This document shows positions 19,497 to 30,378 of a stretch of DNA of 64,000 bases, piece after piece. Every line of letters starts with the position of its first letter. Within the stretch, counting starts at the first letter, position 1. The stretch comes from Planctomycetota bacterium (lineage in GTDB: Bacteria > Planctomycetota > UBA1135 > GCA-002686595), in contig JBCDGE010000012.1 of NCBI GenBank assembly GCA_038757895.1, positions 1 to 64,000 on the forward strand, given 5' to 3'. Both the position numbers and the translations under genes were made by a program. The notes under the pieces are model-generated. The model was not told the origin of the DNA. It saw only the letters and a program-made list of their open reading frames with translations, and did not search any database.

Positions 19497-19742
19497 GGTC
19501 CTGATCTGTCGCAAATCGGCGGCTCGGCCCCCGGCAGGACGAACGAGCCGCCGCAGTTGCGTCCGGAGGGAGCGTCGGGAAGCGGCGTTCGGACGCCGGG
19601 CGTTCGGTAGCACCCGAGCACGGCCTCCTGGTCGTCCGAGCCCCGCACGAGGAGGATCGGACGCAGGAGGAGACGCCCGCGTGGAGCCGCGGCGGACACA
19701 GACCGCCAGGAAGAGGAGGACGAGCGCTCACACCGCGCTATC

Positions 19743-20897
19743 GTGCCTGGCCGGCCCCCACGATTCCGCATGCAGGACGAGTTCGAAACGACCCTCTCGG
19801 TCGACGGTTTCCGCTCCGTCGACGGACAGCGCAGGACCGCGCGGCTCAAGCTGGACCAGGAGGGGATCGAGGCCGAGGACGGTGAGCGGATCCGCTGGCG
19901 CCAGGCGAGCCTCCGCCGCGACGAGGCCGATGGCGCGATCCTCGTCTCCGCAGGCAGCACGGTCTTCGGCTCGGCCGAGCCCGGATTCCTCCGGACGCTG
20001 GAGAGCGCAGCCGGGAACGACCTCGACCGCCAGCTCGCGCGCATCCAGGGGCTGAAGACGGGCTGGCGCGGCTCGCAGTTCATCGGCTGCTTCGCGTTCT
20101 TCCTGCTCATCGGCTGGACCGTCACCAGCATCCCGGGCTGCTACCGCTCCGCCGTCGACACCGCGATCGACTCGATGCCGTACGAGATCGACGTCGCGCT
20201 CGGCGAGGCGGCCCAGGAGTCGATGGATGCCGGAGACGTGATCGAGGACGAGGTCGTCGTCGAAGCGATGCGCGCGATGCTCGACCGCCTTTCCGACCAC
20301 TTCGGCGACACGGACGTCCCGGCTGCCGACGTCGAGTGGCAGATCCGGATCGTCGAGAGCGACCAGATCAACGCGTTCGCGCTGCCCGGCGGGTACATCA
20401 CGGTCTTCTCGTCGCTGATCGAAGCGGCCAACGACCCCGAGATGGTGGCCGGCGTGCTCGCCCACGAGATGGCGCACGTCGTCCAGCGCCACGGCCTGAA
20501 GCGGGTCGGGAACCAGGTCGGGCTCATGGCCGGGCTGCGCCTCGTGCTCGGGGACGCGGGCGGTCTGATCGGGATCGCGGGCGAGCTCTTCTCTCTCGCC
20601 TCGGCGAACGACTACAGCCGCGAACAGGAGACCGAGGCCGACCTGCTCGCCACGCGCGCCATGGTCCGCGCAGGCCTGGACGCGACCGCGTTCGCGGAGT
20701 TCTTCGAGGTCCTGGAGCGCGAGTACGGCGACGTGCCATCGAGCCTCGAGTGGATGTCGACCCACCCGGGCCACGACACCCGCATCGAAGCGATCGAGGT
20801 GATCATCGGCGAGATGGAACCGGTGGAGCGGCGCCCCCTGGAGATCGACTGGGACGAGGTCCAGTCGCGCGTCGGCGGCGAAAGCGACGGCGACTGA
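19743..20897 (+). CDS. M48-family zinc metallopeptidase (membrane-associated)
   Basis: HEMAHVVQRH zinc-binding motif with preceding NAFALPGGYI. N-terminal region is uncertain; an alternative start is ATG about 19770. Confidence 0.75.
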   Translation: MPGRPPRFRMQDEFETTLSVDGFRSVDGQRRTARLKLDQEGIEAEDGERIRWRQASLRRDEADGAILVSAGSTVFGSAEPGFLRTLESAAGNDLDRQLARIQGLKTGWRGSQFIGCFAFFLLIGWTVTSIPGCYRSAVDTAIDSMPYEIDVALGEAAQESMDAGDVIEDEVVVEAMRAMLDRLSDHFGDTDVPAADVEWQIRIVESDQINAFALPGGYITVFSSLIEAANDPEMVAGVLAHEMAHVVQRHGLKRVGNQVGLMAGLRLVLGDAGGLIGIAGELFSLASANDYSREQETEADLLATRAMVRAGLDATAFAEFFEVLEREYGDVPSSLEWMSTHPGHDTRIEAIEVIIGEMEPVERRPLEIDWDEVQSRVGGESDGD

Positions 20898-20903
20898 AGC
20901 CGC

Positions 20904-21301
20904 TCAGCTCAGCCCGAGCGCGGCGCGCAGCGGCGCATCGTCCGCGGCGGTGAGCTCGCCGTCCGCCTCGGAAGGGACGGCGGCGCCGCGCTCCACGAGC
21001 CGCAGCCCGACGGCCTGGGCGCCGAGGCTCGCCGCGGAGATCAGGAACGTGTCGCCCGACCGCGCATAGGCGCGATCCGGGTCGACGCCTGCCTCCAGCA
21101 GGACGTCCGCCATCGCGAGCGCGGCGTCCTGGCTCGCGAGGCCGCGGAAGACCGCGTCGCACACGAAGTGCAGCGGCGGCACCGCGTTCTTGCCGCCGGG
21201 CCCCCACCGCACGTCGGCGTCGGCGAGGGCAGGATCGCCGACGACGAGCCGCCGCAGCGCCTCCGCGTCACCCGCCTCGATCGCCTCCCGCACCTCGCCC
21301 G

Positions 21302-21305
<4 letters not shown>
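20904..21305 (-). CDS. Ankyrin-repeat protein (last gene of the trp supraoperon)
   Basis: Ankyrin repeats in 134 aa (EALRRLVVGDPALADADVRWG..., TPLHFVCD..., DVLLEAGVDPD...). ATG overlaps the DAHP-synthase stop (ATGA, 21302-21305). The rest of ORF 20904..22145 is spurious. Confidence 0.6.
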
Positions 21306-22344
<1,039 letters not shown>

Positions 22345-22348
<4 letters not shown>

Positions 22349-22578
22349 CGCGCGACCTCCCCCTCGAAGGGACGGCCGCAGCCGCGCTCGATCGCGCCGA
22401 ACACCTCGCGGAGCTCCTCGGCGGGGAAGTCACCCTCCGCGCGGCGCAGGAGGTCGGACGTGAACGGCTCGGCGGCCGACGCAGGCGCGCCGTCCCGGGC
22501 GAGGTCGCGCGCCAGCCGCGCGCGCTCGTCGAGCAGTCGGACGATGGCGCGGTCGAGGTGGGACAGGTGGGCTCGCAT
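22345..22578 (-). CDS. Chorismate mutase (AroQ class)
   Basis: LSHLDRAIVRLLDERARLARDL... is a typical short AroQ helix. 77 aa. Stop overlaps the DAHP synthase start (ATGA). Confidence 0.65.
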
Positions 22579-22587
22579 GGTCGGATC

Positions 22588-23444
22588 TCAGCGTCGGGAG
22601 GCCTTGGGGAGGAGGGAGTCCATGAACTCGGTGGCGCGGCGAACGGCCGCTTCGGTCGGGTCGGCATCGGACGCGACGGCGGCCTCGGCCGCGTCGTGGA
22701 TCGCGGCGACGAGCGCGCTGCCGACGATCGCCAGCTCGGCGTGCGGCGCGACGGCCGCGACCTGCTCGGCCGTTCGGATGCCGAAGCCGACTCCGATCGG
22801 CGTGTCGCCCGCGAGCTCGCGAGCGCGCGCGAGGTACGCGTCGGCATCGTGCGACATCGAGGTCGCGGCGCCGGTGACGCCGGTCCGCCCGACGGCGTAG
22901 AGGAATCCGCGGGTCGCCTCGGCGGCCTGACGGAGCCGCTCGTCGCTCGTCGTGGGCGCGCAGAAGAGCACGCACGCGAGGCCGTGGCTCTCCGCGAGTC
23001 CGACGATCGCGGGCGCCTCCTCGATCGGGAGGTCCGGCACGAGGACGCCGTCGAAGCCGGCGTCCGCGAGCGAGCGGAAGCGGCCTGCGAGGCCGCCCTC
23101 GACGCCGCCGCCGAGGAGCGGGTTGAGGTAGCTGAACGCGAGGATCGGGACCTCGCCTCCGCGCTCACGGAACGTGCGCACCGTCGCCTCGATCCCGTCC
23201 AGGTTCGTGCCCGCCTCCAGCGAGCGCGCCGCCGCGGCCTGGAGCGTCGGTCCGTCGGCGATCGGATCCGTGAACGGCACGCCGAGCTCGACGCACGCCG
23301 CGCCGGCGCGCTCGACCGCGAACAGGAGCTCCAGCGTGCGGTCCAGCCCGCCGTCGCCCGCCGTCAGGTAGGGCGCGACCCGCGTCGACCCGCTCTCCCG
23401 GAGCCCCGTCGTCGTGACGACGAGCCGGTTGCTCTCCAGCCCGC

Positions 23445-23448
<4 letters not shown>
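22588..23448 (-). CDS. trpA: Tryptophan synthase alpha chain
   Basis: TAGDGG...[14 protein letters not shown]...GVGFGI motifs. 286 aa. Confidence 0.9.
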
Positions 23449-24697
<1,249 letters not shown>

Positions 24698-24701
<4 letters not shown>

Positions 24702-25369
24702 CGTGCGTCGGAGGGTCGGTGTGCCGCCCGGCGGGCGGCCTGGACGTAGCGGGTGACGGCGCTCGGGTCCTTGCAGCCGAGGTCCGCCTCCAGGCGGGAC
24801 GAGGCGTCGAAGCCGACGAGCGCCCGCGGATCGAGCGGCTCGGGGAGTCCCGCCGCGAGCAGCTCGGCGTCGAGCCCGCCGGCGAGCAGGCACGGCACGC
24901 TCCGCGCCAGGTCGGCGGCGAGGCCGGGGTCGACGACGCGCCCGGTCCCGCCGGGGCTGGACGGGTGATCGAGCACGAACGCCTCGGCGACGCCGCGCCA
25001 GGCGGCGACCTCGTCGTGCGCGCCCTCGTCGACGCCGAGGCGGCGCAGCACCGGATAGGGCGCGTCGCGCCAGTCGCCGGGGTCCTCGGACCCGCAGAGC
25101 TGCACGGCCGCGAGCTCGGCGTCGCGCACGAGCCCGTCGACGTGGTCGCGTTCGGCGTCGACGATCACGAGCACGCAGCGCGCGCCGCGCTCCCGGGCCG
25201 CCGTCGCGAGCGCGACGAGGACGAGGTCGGACAGGTGCCTCGGCGAGCGGGGATAGGACACGAAGCCCAGGAGGTCCGCGCCGGCCTCGATGGCCGCGAG
25301 GACGTCGACCTCGCGCGTGAGCCCGCAGACCTTCACGAGCGGCCCCTCGGTCGAATCGGCGAGCCTCAT
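24698..25369 (-). CDS. trpF: Phosphoribosylanthranilate isomerase
   Basis: VKVCGLTR...[11 protein letters not shown]-barrel PRAI. Start at ATG ending 25369, overlapping the trpC stop (ATGA). Confidence 0.8.
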
Positions 25370-26175
25370 CGCGCGTCCTCCGACAGCTCGGTCCGCCACG
25401 ACGTCAGGGTCGCCGCGGGATCGCCCGACTTCATCAGCGCCTCGCCCACGAGCACGGCGTGTGCGCCAGCCTCCAGCATCCGGCGCGCGTCGGCCGGCGC
25501 GTGGATGCCGCTCTCGGCGACGCGCACGATCCCCTCGGGGATGCGCGGGATGAGTCGCTCCGGCACGCCGAGGTCGACCTCGAACGTGCGCAGGTCACGC
25601 GCGTTCACGCCGAGGCAGTCCGGAGAGACCTCGATCGCGCGCTCCAGCTCGGCCTCGTCGTGGACCTCCAGGAGCACCGCGAGGCCGAGGTCGCGCGCGG
25701 CGTCGCGCAGGTCGCGCAGCCGCGAGCCCTCCAGGCAGACCGCGAGGAGCAGCACCGCGTCCGCCCCCATCGCAACGCTCTCGACGACCATGTCCTCGGT
25801 CAGCAGGAAGTCCTTGCGCAGCCGCGGGAGCCCGGCGGCCTCGACCGCCGCGAGGTCCTCGGGCCGGCCCTCGAAGTGGTCCTCTTCGGTCAGGATCGAC
25901 AGCGCCGCCGCGCCGCCGTCCGCGTAGGACCGCGCGCGCGCGCCGAGGTCGACCTCCTCCGAGAAGCGGCCGACCGAGGGCGAGCGGCGCTTGCACTCGG
26001 CGATGAATGAGAGGCCGGGTCCGGCGAGGGCGCGGGTGAAGCGCGTGACGCGCGCGGGGTCGGGATCGGCGAGCGCCGGCCCGCCCCGCGCGGCGGCGCG
26101 CGCCTCGGCGTTCCGAAGGACGCTGGCGAGGATCGGGTCGAGCCGCGTCCCCGTCGTCGGTGCCTCACCGCTCAC
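25366..26175 (-). CDS. trpC: Indole-3-glycerol-phosphate synthase
   Basis: [11 protein letters not shown]...LRKDF...[14 protein letters not shown] motifs. GTG start at 26173-26175 (VSGEAPTTG), overlapping the trpD stop. The upstream 257 codons of ORF 25366..26949 are rejected. Confidence 0.85.
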   Translation of the reverse strand: MSGEAPTTGTRLDPILASVLRNAEARAAARGGPALADPDPARVTRFTRALAGPGLSFIAECKRRSPSVGRFSEEVDLGARARSYADGGAAALSILTEEDHFEGRPEDLAAVEAAGLPRLRKDFLLTEDMVVESVAMGADAVLLLAVCLEGSRLRDLRDAARDLGLAVLLEVHDEAELERAIEVSPDCLGVNARDLRTFEVDLGVPERLIPRIPEGIVRVAESGIHAPADARRMLEAGAHAVLVGEALMKSGDPAATLTSWRTELSEDAR

Positions 26176-27197
26176 GACGCACCTCCCGTGATCTCGACCC
26201 AGCCGTCGAGGACGCGGCGAGCAGCGCCGCCGTCGATCGCCTCGCTCGCGCGCGCGAGTCCGTCGGCCGGCTCGCTGGCGACGCCCGCGACCACGAGCGC
26301 CGCGGCCGAGTTCAGGAGGGTCGCGTCGCGCAGCGGCCCGGGCGCTCCGTCGAGGACGTCGCGCAGGAGGCCGGCGTTGTGCGCCGCCTCCTCGCCGGCC
26401 AGCGCGGACACCGGCGCGGCGTCGAGCCCGACCTGGTCCGCGTCGAAGCGATGTGTCCCCGCAGAGCCGAGCGCCCAGACGACGTTCGGCCCGCTCAGGG
26501 TCAGCTCGTCCGCCCCGCCGTCCCCGTGCACGACGTAGGCGGCGTCGACGCCGAGCGCGTCGAGCGCGCCGGCGACGCGAGCCTGGATCTCGCGCGAGGG
26601 CACTCCGACCACCTGGCGGCGGACGCGGCCGGGGTTCGCGAGCGGCCCGACGAGGTTGAACACCGTGCGGATCCCGAGCGCCTTGCGCACGGGCCCCGCG
26701 TGCCGCATCGCCGGGTGGAAGCGCGGCGCGAACAGGAACGTGAAGCCCGTCCGCTCCAGCGCCGCGCGCGCGACGTCGTCGTCGACGTCGATCGCCCCCC
26801 CGAGCGCCTCCAGCACGTCGGCCGACCCCGACCGCGACGACACGCTGCGGTTTCCGTGCTTGACGACCTTCGCGCCCGCGGCGGCGGCGACGAAGGCGGC
26901 GGCCGTCGAGAGGTTGAAGGTGCCGAGCCCGTCGCCGCCAGTCCCGCACGTGTCGATCGCGTCGTCGGCGTCGTGCTCGAACGGGGTCATCCGCGCGCGC
27001 AGCGCGGCGGCGACGCCCGCGACCTCGTCCGCGGTCTCACCGCGCTGCGCGAGCGCGGCGAGGAAGCCGCCGAGCAGCACGGGGTCGTCCGCGCCGTCGA
27101 GGACGCCCTCGAAGAGCCCCTGGACGTGCTCGCGCTCCAGCGTGCCGCCCGAAGCGACGGTCTTGAGCGCCCCTGCGAGTCCGTTCGATCCCGTCAC
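26172..27197 (-). CDS. trpD: Anthranilate phosphoribosyltransferase
   Basis: DTCGTGGDG...NPGR motifs. GTG start (VTGSNGLAG) overlaps the trpG TGA stop (GTGA). Confidence 0.85.
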   Translation of the reverse strand: MTGSNGLAGALKTVASGGTLEREHVQGLFEGVLDGADDPVLLGGFLAALAQRGETADEVAGVAAALRARMTPFEHDADDAIDTCGTGGDGLGTFNLSTAAAFVAAAAGAKVVKHGNRSVSSRSGSADVLEALGGAIDVDDDVARAALERTGFTFLFAPRFHPAMRHAGPVRKALGIRTVFNLVGPLANPGRVRRQVVGVPSREIQARVAGALDALGVDAAYVVHGDGGADELTLSGPNVVWALGSAGTHRFDADQVGLDAAPVSALAGEEAAHNAGLLRDVLDGAPGPLRDATLLNSAAALVVAGVASEPADGLARASEAIDGGAARRVLDGWVEITGGAS

Positions 27198-27802
27198 CGC
27201 AGGCCACCTCCGACGGCGTCGAGCGCGACCGCCTCGCCAGCGGCCGAGAGGAACCGGGCAAGGAGCTTCGAGCCGAGCGGCGTGAGGATCGACTCGGGGT
27301 GGAACTGGACGCCGTAGCGCGGCAGCTCGGTGTGCTCGACCGCCATCACGGCGCCGTCCTCGGTCCACGCGACGAGGCGCAGCGTGTCGGGGAGCCGCTC
27401 GCGCTCGGCGCGAAGCGAGTGGTAGCGCCCGCAGGTCAGCGGCGAGTCGAGCCGCTCGAACAGCCCGCTGCCGTCGTGGTGCACGAGGCTCGACTTGCCG
27501 TGCACCGGCGCGCCGTCGACCTCCAGGACGCCGCCCTCGGACTCGACGAGCGCCTGGTGCCCCAGGCAGACGCCGAGCACCGGCGTCTCGCGCGGGAGCG
27601 CCTTCAGGAGTTCGAGCACGATGCCCGCGCCCTGCGGCCGTCCCGGGCCCGGGCTGATGACGACGGCGGTCGGCTGCATCGCGAGCGCTTCGTCGACGGA
27701 CAGCGCGTCGTTGCGCACGACGCGGACCTCCGCGCCGAGGGCGGCGAGCGCCTGGTCGAGATTGAAGACGAACGAGTCGTAGTTGTCGATCAGGAGGATC
27801 AT
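27194..27802 (-). CDS. trpG: Anthranilate synthase component II (glutamine amidotransferase)
   Basis: MILLIDNYDSFVFNL...GVCLGHQ...YGVQFHPES. ATG overlaps the trpE stop (ATGA). Confidence 0.85.
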   Translation of the reverse strand: MILLIDNYDSFVFNLDQALAALGAEVRVVRNDALSVDEALAMQPTAVVISPGPGRPQGAGIVLELLKALPRETPVLGVCLGHQALVESEGGVLEVDGAPVHGKSSLVHHDGSGLFERLDSPLTCGRYHSLRAERERLPDTLRLVAWTEDGAVMAVEHTELPRYGVQFHPESILTPLGSKLLARFLSAAGEAVALDAVGGGLR

Positions 27803-29328
27803 CGCGCGGCTCCCGCGGTAGCGGACTCGGTGGACGTGTTCGGCGAGGCGCCCGGCTGGAACGCCGGCGACGCGGCGACGCGCGCGGCCTCGAAGAGCGC
27901 GCTCGACTTGTGGAGCGTCTCCTCGTATTCGGCGGCGGGGTTCGAGTCGAGGACGACTCCCGCGCCGGCCTGGACGAGCAGCTTGCCGTTCGCGCAGACG
28001 ATCGTGCGGATGGCGATCGCGACGTCGAGGTCGCCCGCGCGGTCGAGGTAGCCGAACGCGCCGGCGTAGGCGCCGCGCGCTCGCTGCTCCAGGCCGGCGA
28101 CGAGCTCCATCGCGCGGACCTTCGGCGCACCGCTGACCGTCCCGGCGGGGAACGCGGCCGCGAGCGCGTCGAGGGCGTCGCTTCCCGGCGCGAGCTCGGC
28201 GCCCACGCGGCTGACGAGGTGCTGGACGCGCGGGAACTTGACGAGCGTCCGGTGCTCCTCCACCTCGACGGTGCCGACGCGCGCGACGCGACCGGCGTCG
28301 TTCCGCGCGAGGTCGACGAGCATGTCGTGCTCGGCGCACTCCTTCTCGTCGCGCCGCAGCTCGGCGCCGAGGTCGTCGTCCTCCGCAGTCGTGGCGCCGC
28401 GCGGTCGCGTGCCGGCGATCGGCACCACCTCGATGTGTCCGCCGCTGACCGAGACGAGGCGCTCGGGGGACGAGCCGACGAGCGTCTTGCCGTCGGCCTC
28501 GAAGAAGAACATGTGCGGCGCGGGGTTCACGAGGCGCAGCACGCGGTAGAGCGTGAACGGGTCACCCTCGAAGCGCTGCTCGAAGCGCTGCGACAGCACC
28601 GCCTGGAAGATCTCGCCCTGTCGGATCGCCTCCTTGAGCGACTCGACGCCGGCCTCGAACTCCTCGCGCGTGGTGAGCGCGGTCGGCTCGTCGTCGAGGA
28701 GTCGGAAGCCTTCGTCGACGGGCTCGGCGCCCTCGAGGCTCGCCGCGATCCGCTCGACGCGCGCGCGGGCGGCGTCGGCGTCCGGAGCGCCGTTCGGCGC
28801 CGCGCACAGGATCGTGCACGTCTGCGCCGCGTGGTCGAACGCGACGACGTCGGGGTAGTGGTCGAAGACCGCCTCCGGCTCGTCGCCGGCGTCCGCGGGG
28901 CGGGGCACGCGGGGCTCCAGCGTGCACGCCCACTCGTACGAGAAGGTGCCGATCCAGCCGCCGCGGAAGGGCGGGAGGTCGGGGTGCGGGACGCCGGCGC
29001 CGTCGCGGCCGCGCCGCCGCGACGCCTCGCGCAGCGCCTCGTGGGGCGAAAGGTCGAGCGTGTCCTCGGTCCCGTCGGAGCCGCGCAGCGTCGCCGCGGC
29101 CCGTCCGGCACGGAGCGAGCCGTCGGGGTCGAGGGCGACGAAGCTGTACCGCGCGAGCCGCTCGGGCCCCTCGACCGACTCCAGCAGCGCGGCGTGGTGG
29201 CCGGCGCCACGGAGCTTCTCGAAGGCCCGGACCGGAGTGGTCCGATCTGCGGGCAGGACGGCCCAGACGAGCCGGTGTCGTTCGGTGTCCTCGGGGGTCG
29301 AGGCACGGAGGGGTCGCGCGGCGTTCAC
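27799..29328 (-). CDS. trpE: Anthranilate synthase component I
   Basis: Chorismate-binding enzyme C-terminal motifs (GGYxG..., ...SSPERLV, GAGIV). 509 aa. GTG start (VNAARPL...). Confidence 0.9.
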   Translation of the reverse strand: MNAARPLRASTPEDTERHRLVWAVLPADRTTPVRAFEKLRGAGHHAALLESVEGPERLARYSFVALDPDGSLRAGRAAATLRGSDGTEDTLDLSPHEALREASRRRGRDGAGVPHPDLPPFRGGWIGTFSYEWACTLEPRVPRPADAGDEPEAVFDHYPDVVAFDHAAQTCTILCAAPNGAPDADAARARVERIAASLEGAEPVDEGFRLLDDEPTALTTREEFEAGVESLKEAIRQGEIFQAVLSQRFEQRFEGDPFTLYRVLRLVNPAPHMFFFEADGKTLVGSSPERLVSVSGGHIEVVPIAGTRPRGATTAEDDDLGAELRRDEKECAEHDMLVDLARNDAGRVARVGTVEVEEHRTLVKFPRVQHLVSRVGAELAPGSDALDALAAAFPAGTVSGAPKVRAMELVAGLEQRARGAYAGAFGYLDRAGDLDVAIAIRTIVCANGKLLVQAGAGVVLDSNPAAEYEETLHKSSALFEAARVAASPAFQPGASPNTSTESATAGAAR

Positions 29329-29387
29329 GGGTTCGGTGGGTCTGGGTCGGTTCGAGGAGGCGGGCGGAGGCGGGGCGGTACGCGAGC

Positions 29388-29417
29388 GGGCCCCCGGAAG
29401 GTGACTTCCAGGGGCCC
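29388..29417 (-). terminator. GC-rich hairpin (13-bp stem incl. one G.U, UCAC tetraloop) between candidate leader peptide and trpE; possible attenuator/terminator lacking a U-tract
   Basis: Transcript sequence GGGCCCCUGGAAG-UCAC-CUUCCGGGGGCCC. 45 nt after the leader stop, about 60 nt before the trpE start. Confidence 0.35.
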
Positions 29418-29461
29418 GCGGGTGTTCGGCGTGCCGCGCTCGGCGGCGAGTGAGCTCTCGG

Positions 29462-29578
29462 GAGGGACTACGACCGCCCGAGCGCCCGGGAACATCCGGG
29501 GCCCTGCTGGCACCACCATCGCCAGGACCAGCGCTGCTGGGTCCCGCGGGTGGAGGTCGTCGCGTGGAGAGAGGTCAT
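29462..29578 (-). promoter_or_regulatory. Candidate trp leader peptide (38 codons, 4 Trp: ...QQRWSWRWWCQQ...) in the leader of trpE
   Basis: Hand translation of the reverse complement gives ATG ACC TCT CTC CAC GCG ACG ACC TCC ACC CGC GGG ACC CAG CAG CGC TGG TCC TGG CGA TGG TGG TGC CAG CAG GGC CCC GGA TGT TCC CGG GCG CTC GGG CGG TCG TAG. No convincing Shine-Dalgarno. Not in the supplied ORF track (too short). Confidence 0.4.
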
Positions 29579-29743
29579 CCGGGCCAGAGGCTAAGGCGCG
29601 TCGACGTCGCGTGGGGCCCGGGCGACCGTGAAAAAAGTGTGGGCATGGGCGGATCGGGACGCCCGCGGTGCGTCGCCGCAGCCGAGTGCCGGCGACGCGG
29701 TGTGCGGCCCGACGTCGCAAAACGGTTCAATGGCGGAGGGTGA

Positions 29744-30376
29744 ATGGACCCACCGCACCCGCGTACCGCACGCCGCGCGACTGCCGCCGCGCCCGCCATG
29801 ACCGAAACCGTCCTAGCCAACGTCCTCGGCCTCGGAGTCGCCGACCTGCCCGCTCGCACCATGTACCTCGGGTGCGCGGCGCTCGGCGGCGCCGTCCTCA
29901 CCATCCAGCTCCTCCTCATGTTCATCGGCGGCGACGTCGCGGACGGCGAGGTGGACATGGACGGGGACAGCGACGGCCTGTCGTTCTTCTCGATCCGCGC
30001 CGTCGCTTCGTTCCTGACCTTCTTCGGCCTCATCGGTCTCTACGGGATCCAGCAGGGCTGGACCTCGACCGAGACCGCCGCCGGTGCCGTGGGCGCTGGC
30101 GTGGGGATGATGGTCGTCGTCGGGTGGCTCTTCTCGCTGCAGCGCAAGCTGCACCAGGAGGGCAACCTCGACCCGTCCTCCGCCGTCGGCTCGGCGGCGA
30201 CCGTGTACCTGCGGATCCCCGGCAGCGGCGAGGGCAAGGGGAAGATCACCGTCGCGATCCAGGGCAGGACCGCCGAGTACGCCGCGATCACCGACGGCCC
30301 CGAGCTGCCCACGGGGTCCGACGTCGTCGTCACCCGCATGGTGAACGACACGACCTTCGAAGTGGAGAAAGCCTGA
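29744..30376 (+). CDS. NfeD-family membrane protein (partner of SPFH/flotillin)
   Basis: N-terminal TM helices and a C-terminal OB-fold-like soluble domain (GKITVAIQGRTAEYAAITDG...VVVTRMVNDTTFEV). Alternative start ATG 29798. Confidence 0.65.
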   Translation: MDPPHPRTARRATAAAPAMTETVLANVLGLGVADLPARTMYLGCAALGGAVLTIQLLLMFIGGDVADGEVDMDGDSDGLSFFSIRAVASFLTFFGLIGLYGIQQGWTSTETAAGAVGAGVGMMVVVGWLFSLQRKLHQEGNLDPSSAVGSAATVYLRIPGSGEGKGKITVAIQGRTAEYAAITDGPELPTGSDVVVTRMVNDTTFEVEKA

Positions 30377-30378
30377 CC

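Noticed and set aside
26176-26949. N-terminal 257 codons of ORF 25366..26949 and the overlapping long frames 26160..27317 / 26188..26538
   Set aside because: They overlap trpD in other frames. Arg/Ala-rich low complexity. The trpC motifs begin only after the GTG at 26175.
29325-29720. 131-codon minus-strand ORF across the trpE leader
   Set aside because: Arg/Pro-rich low complexity with no start context. The shorter 38-codon frame with four Trp codons is the more meaningful reading of this region.
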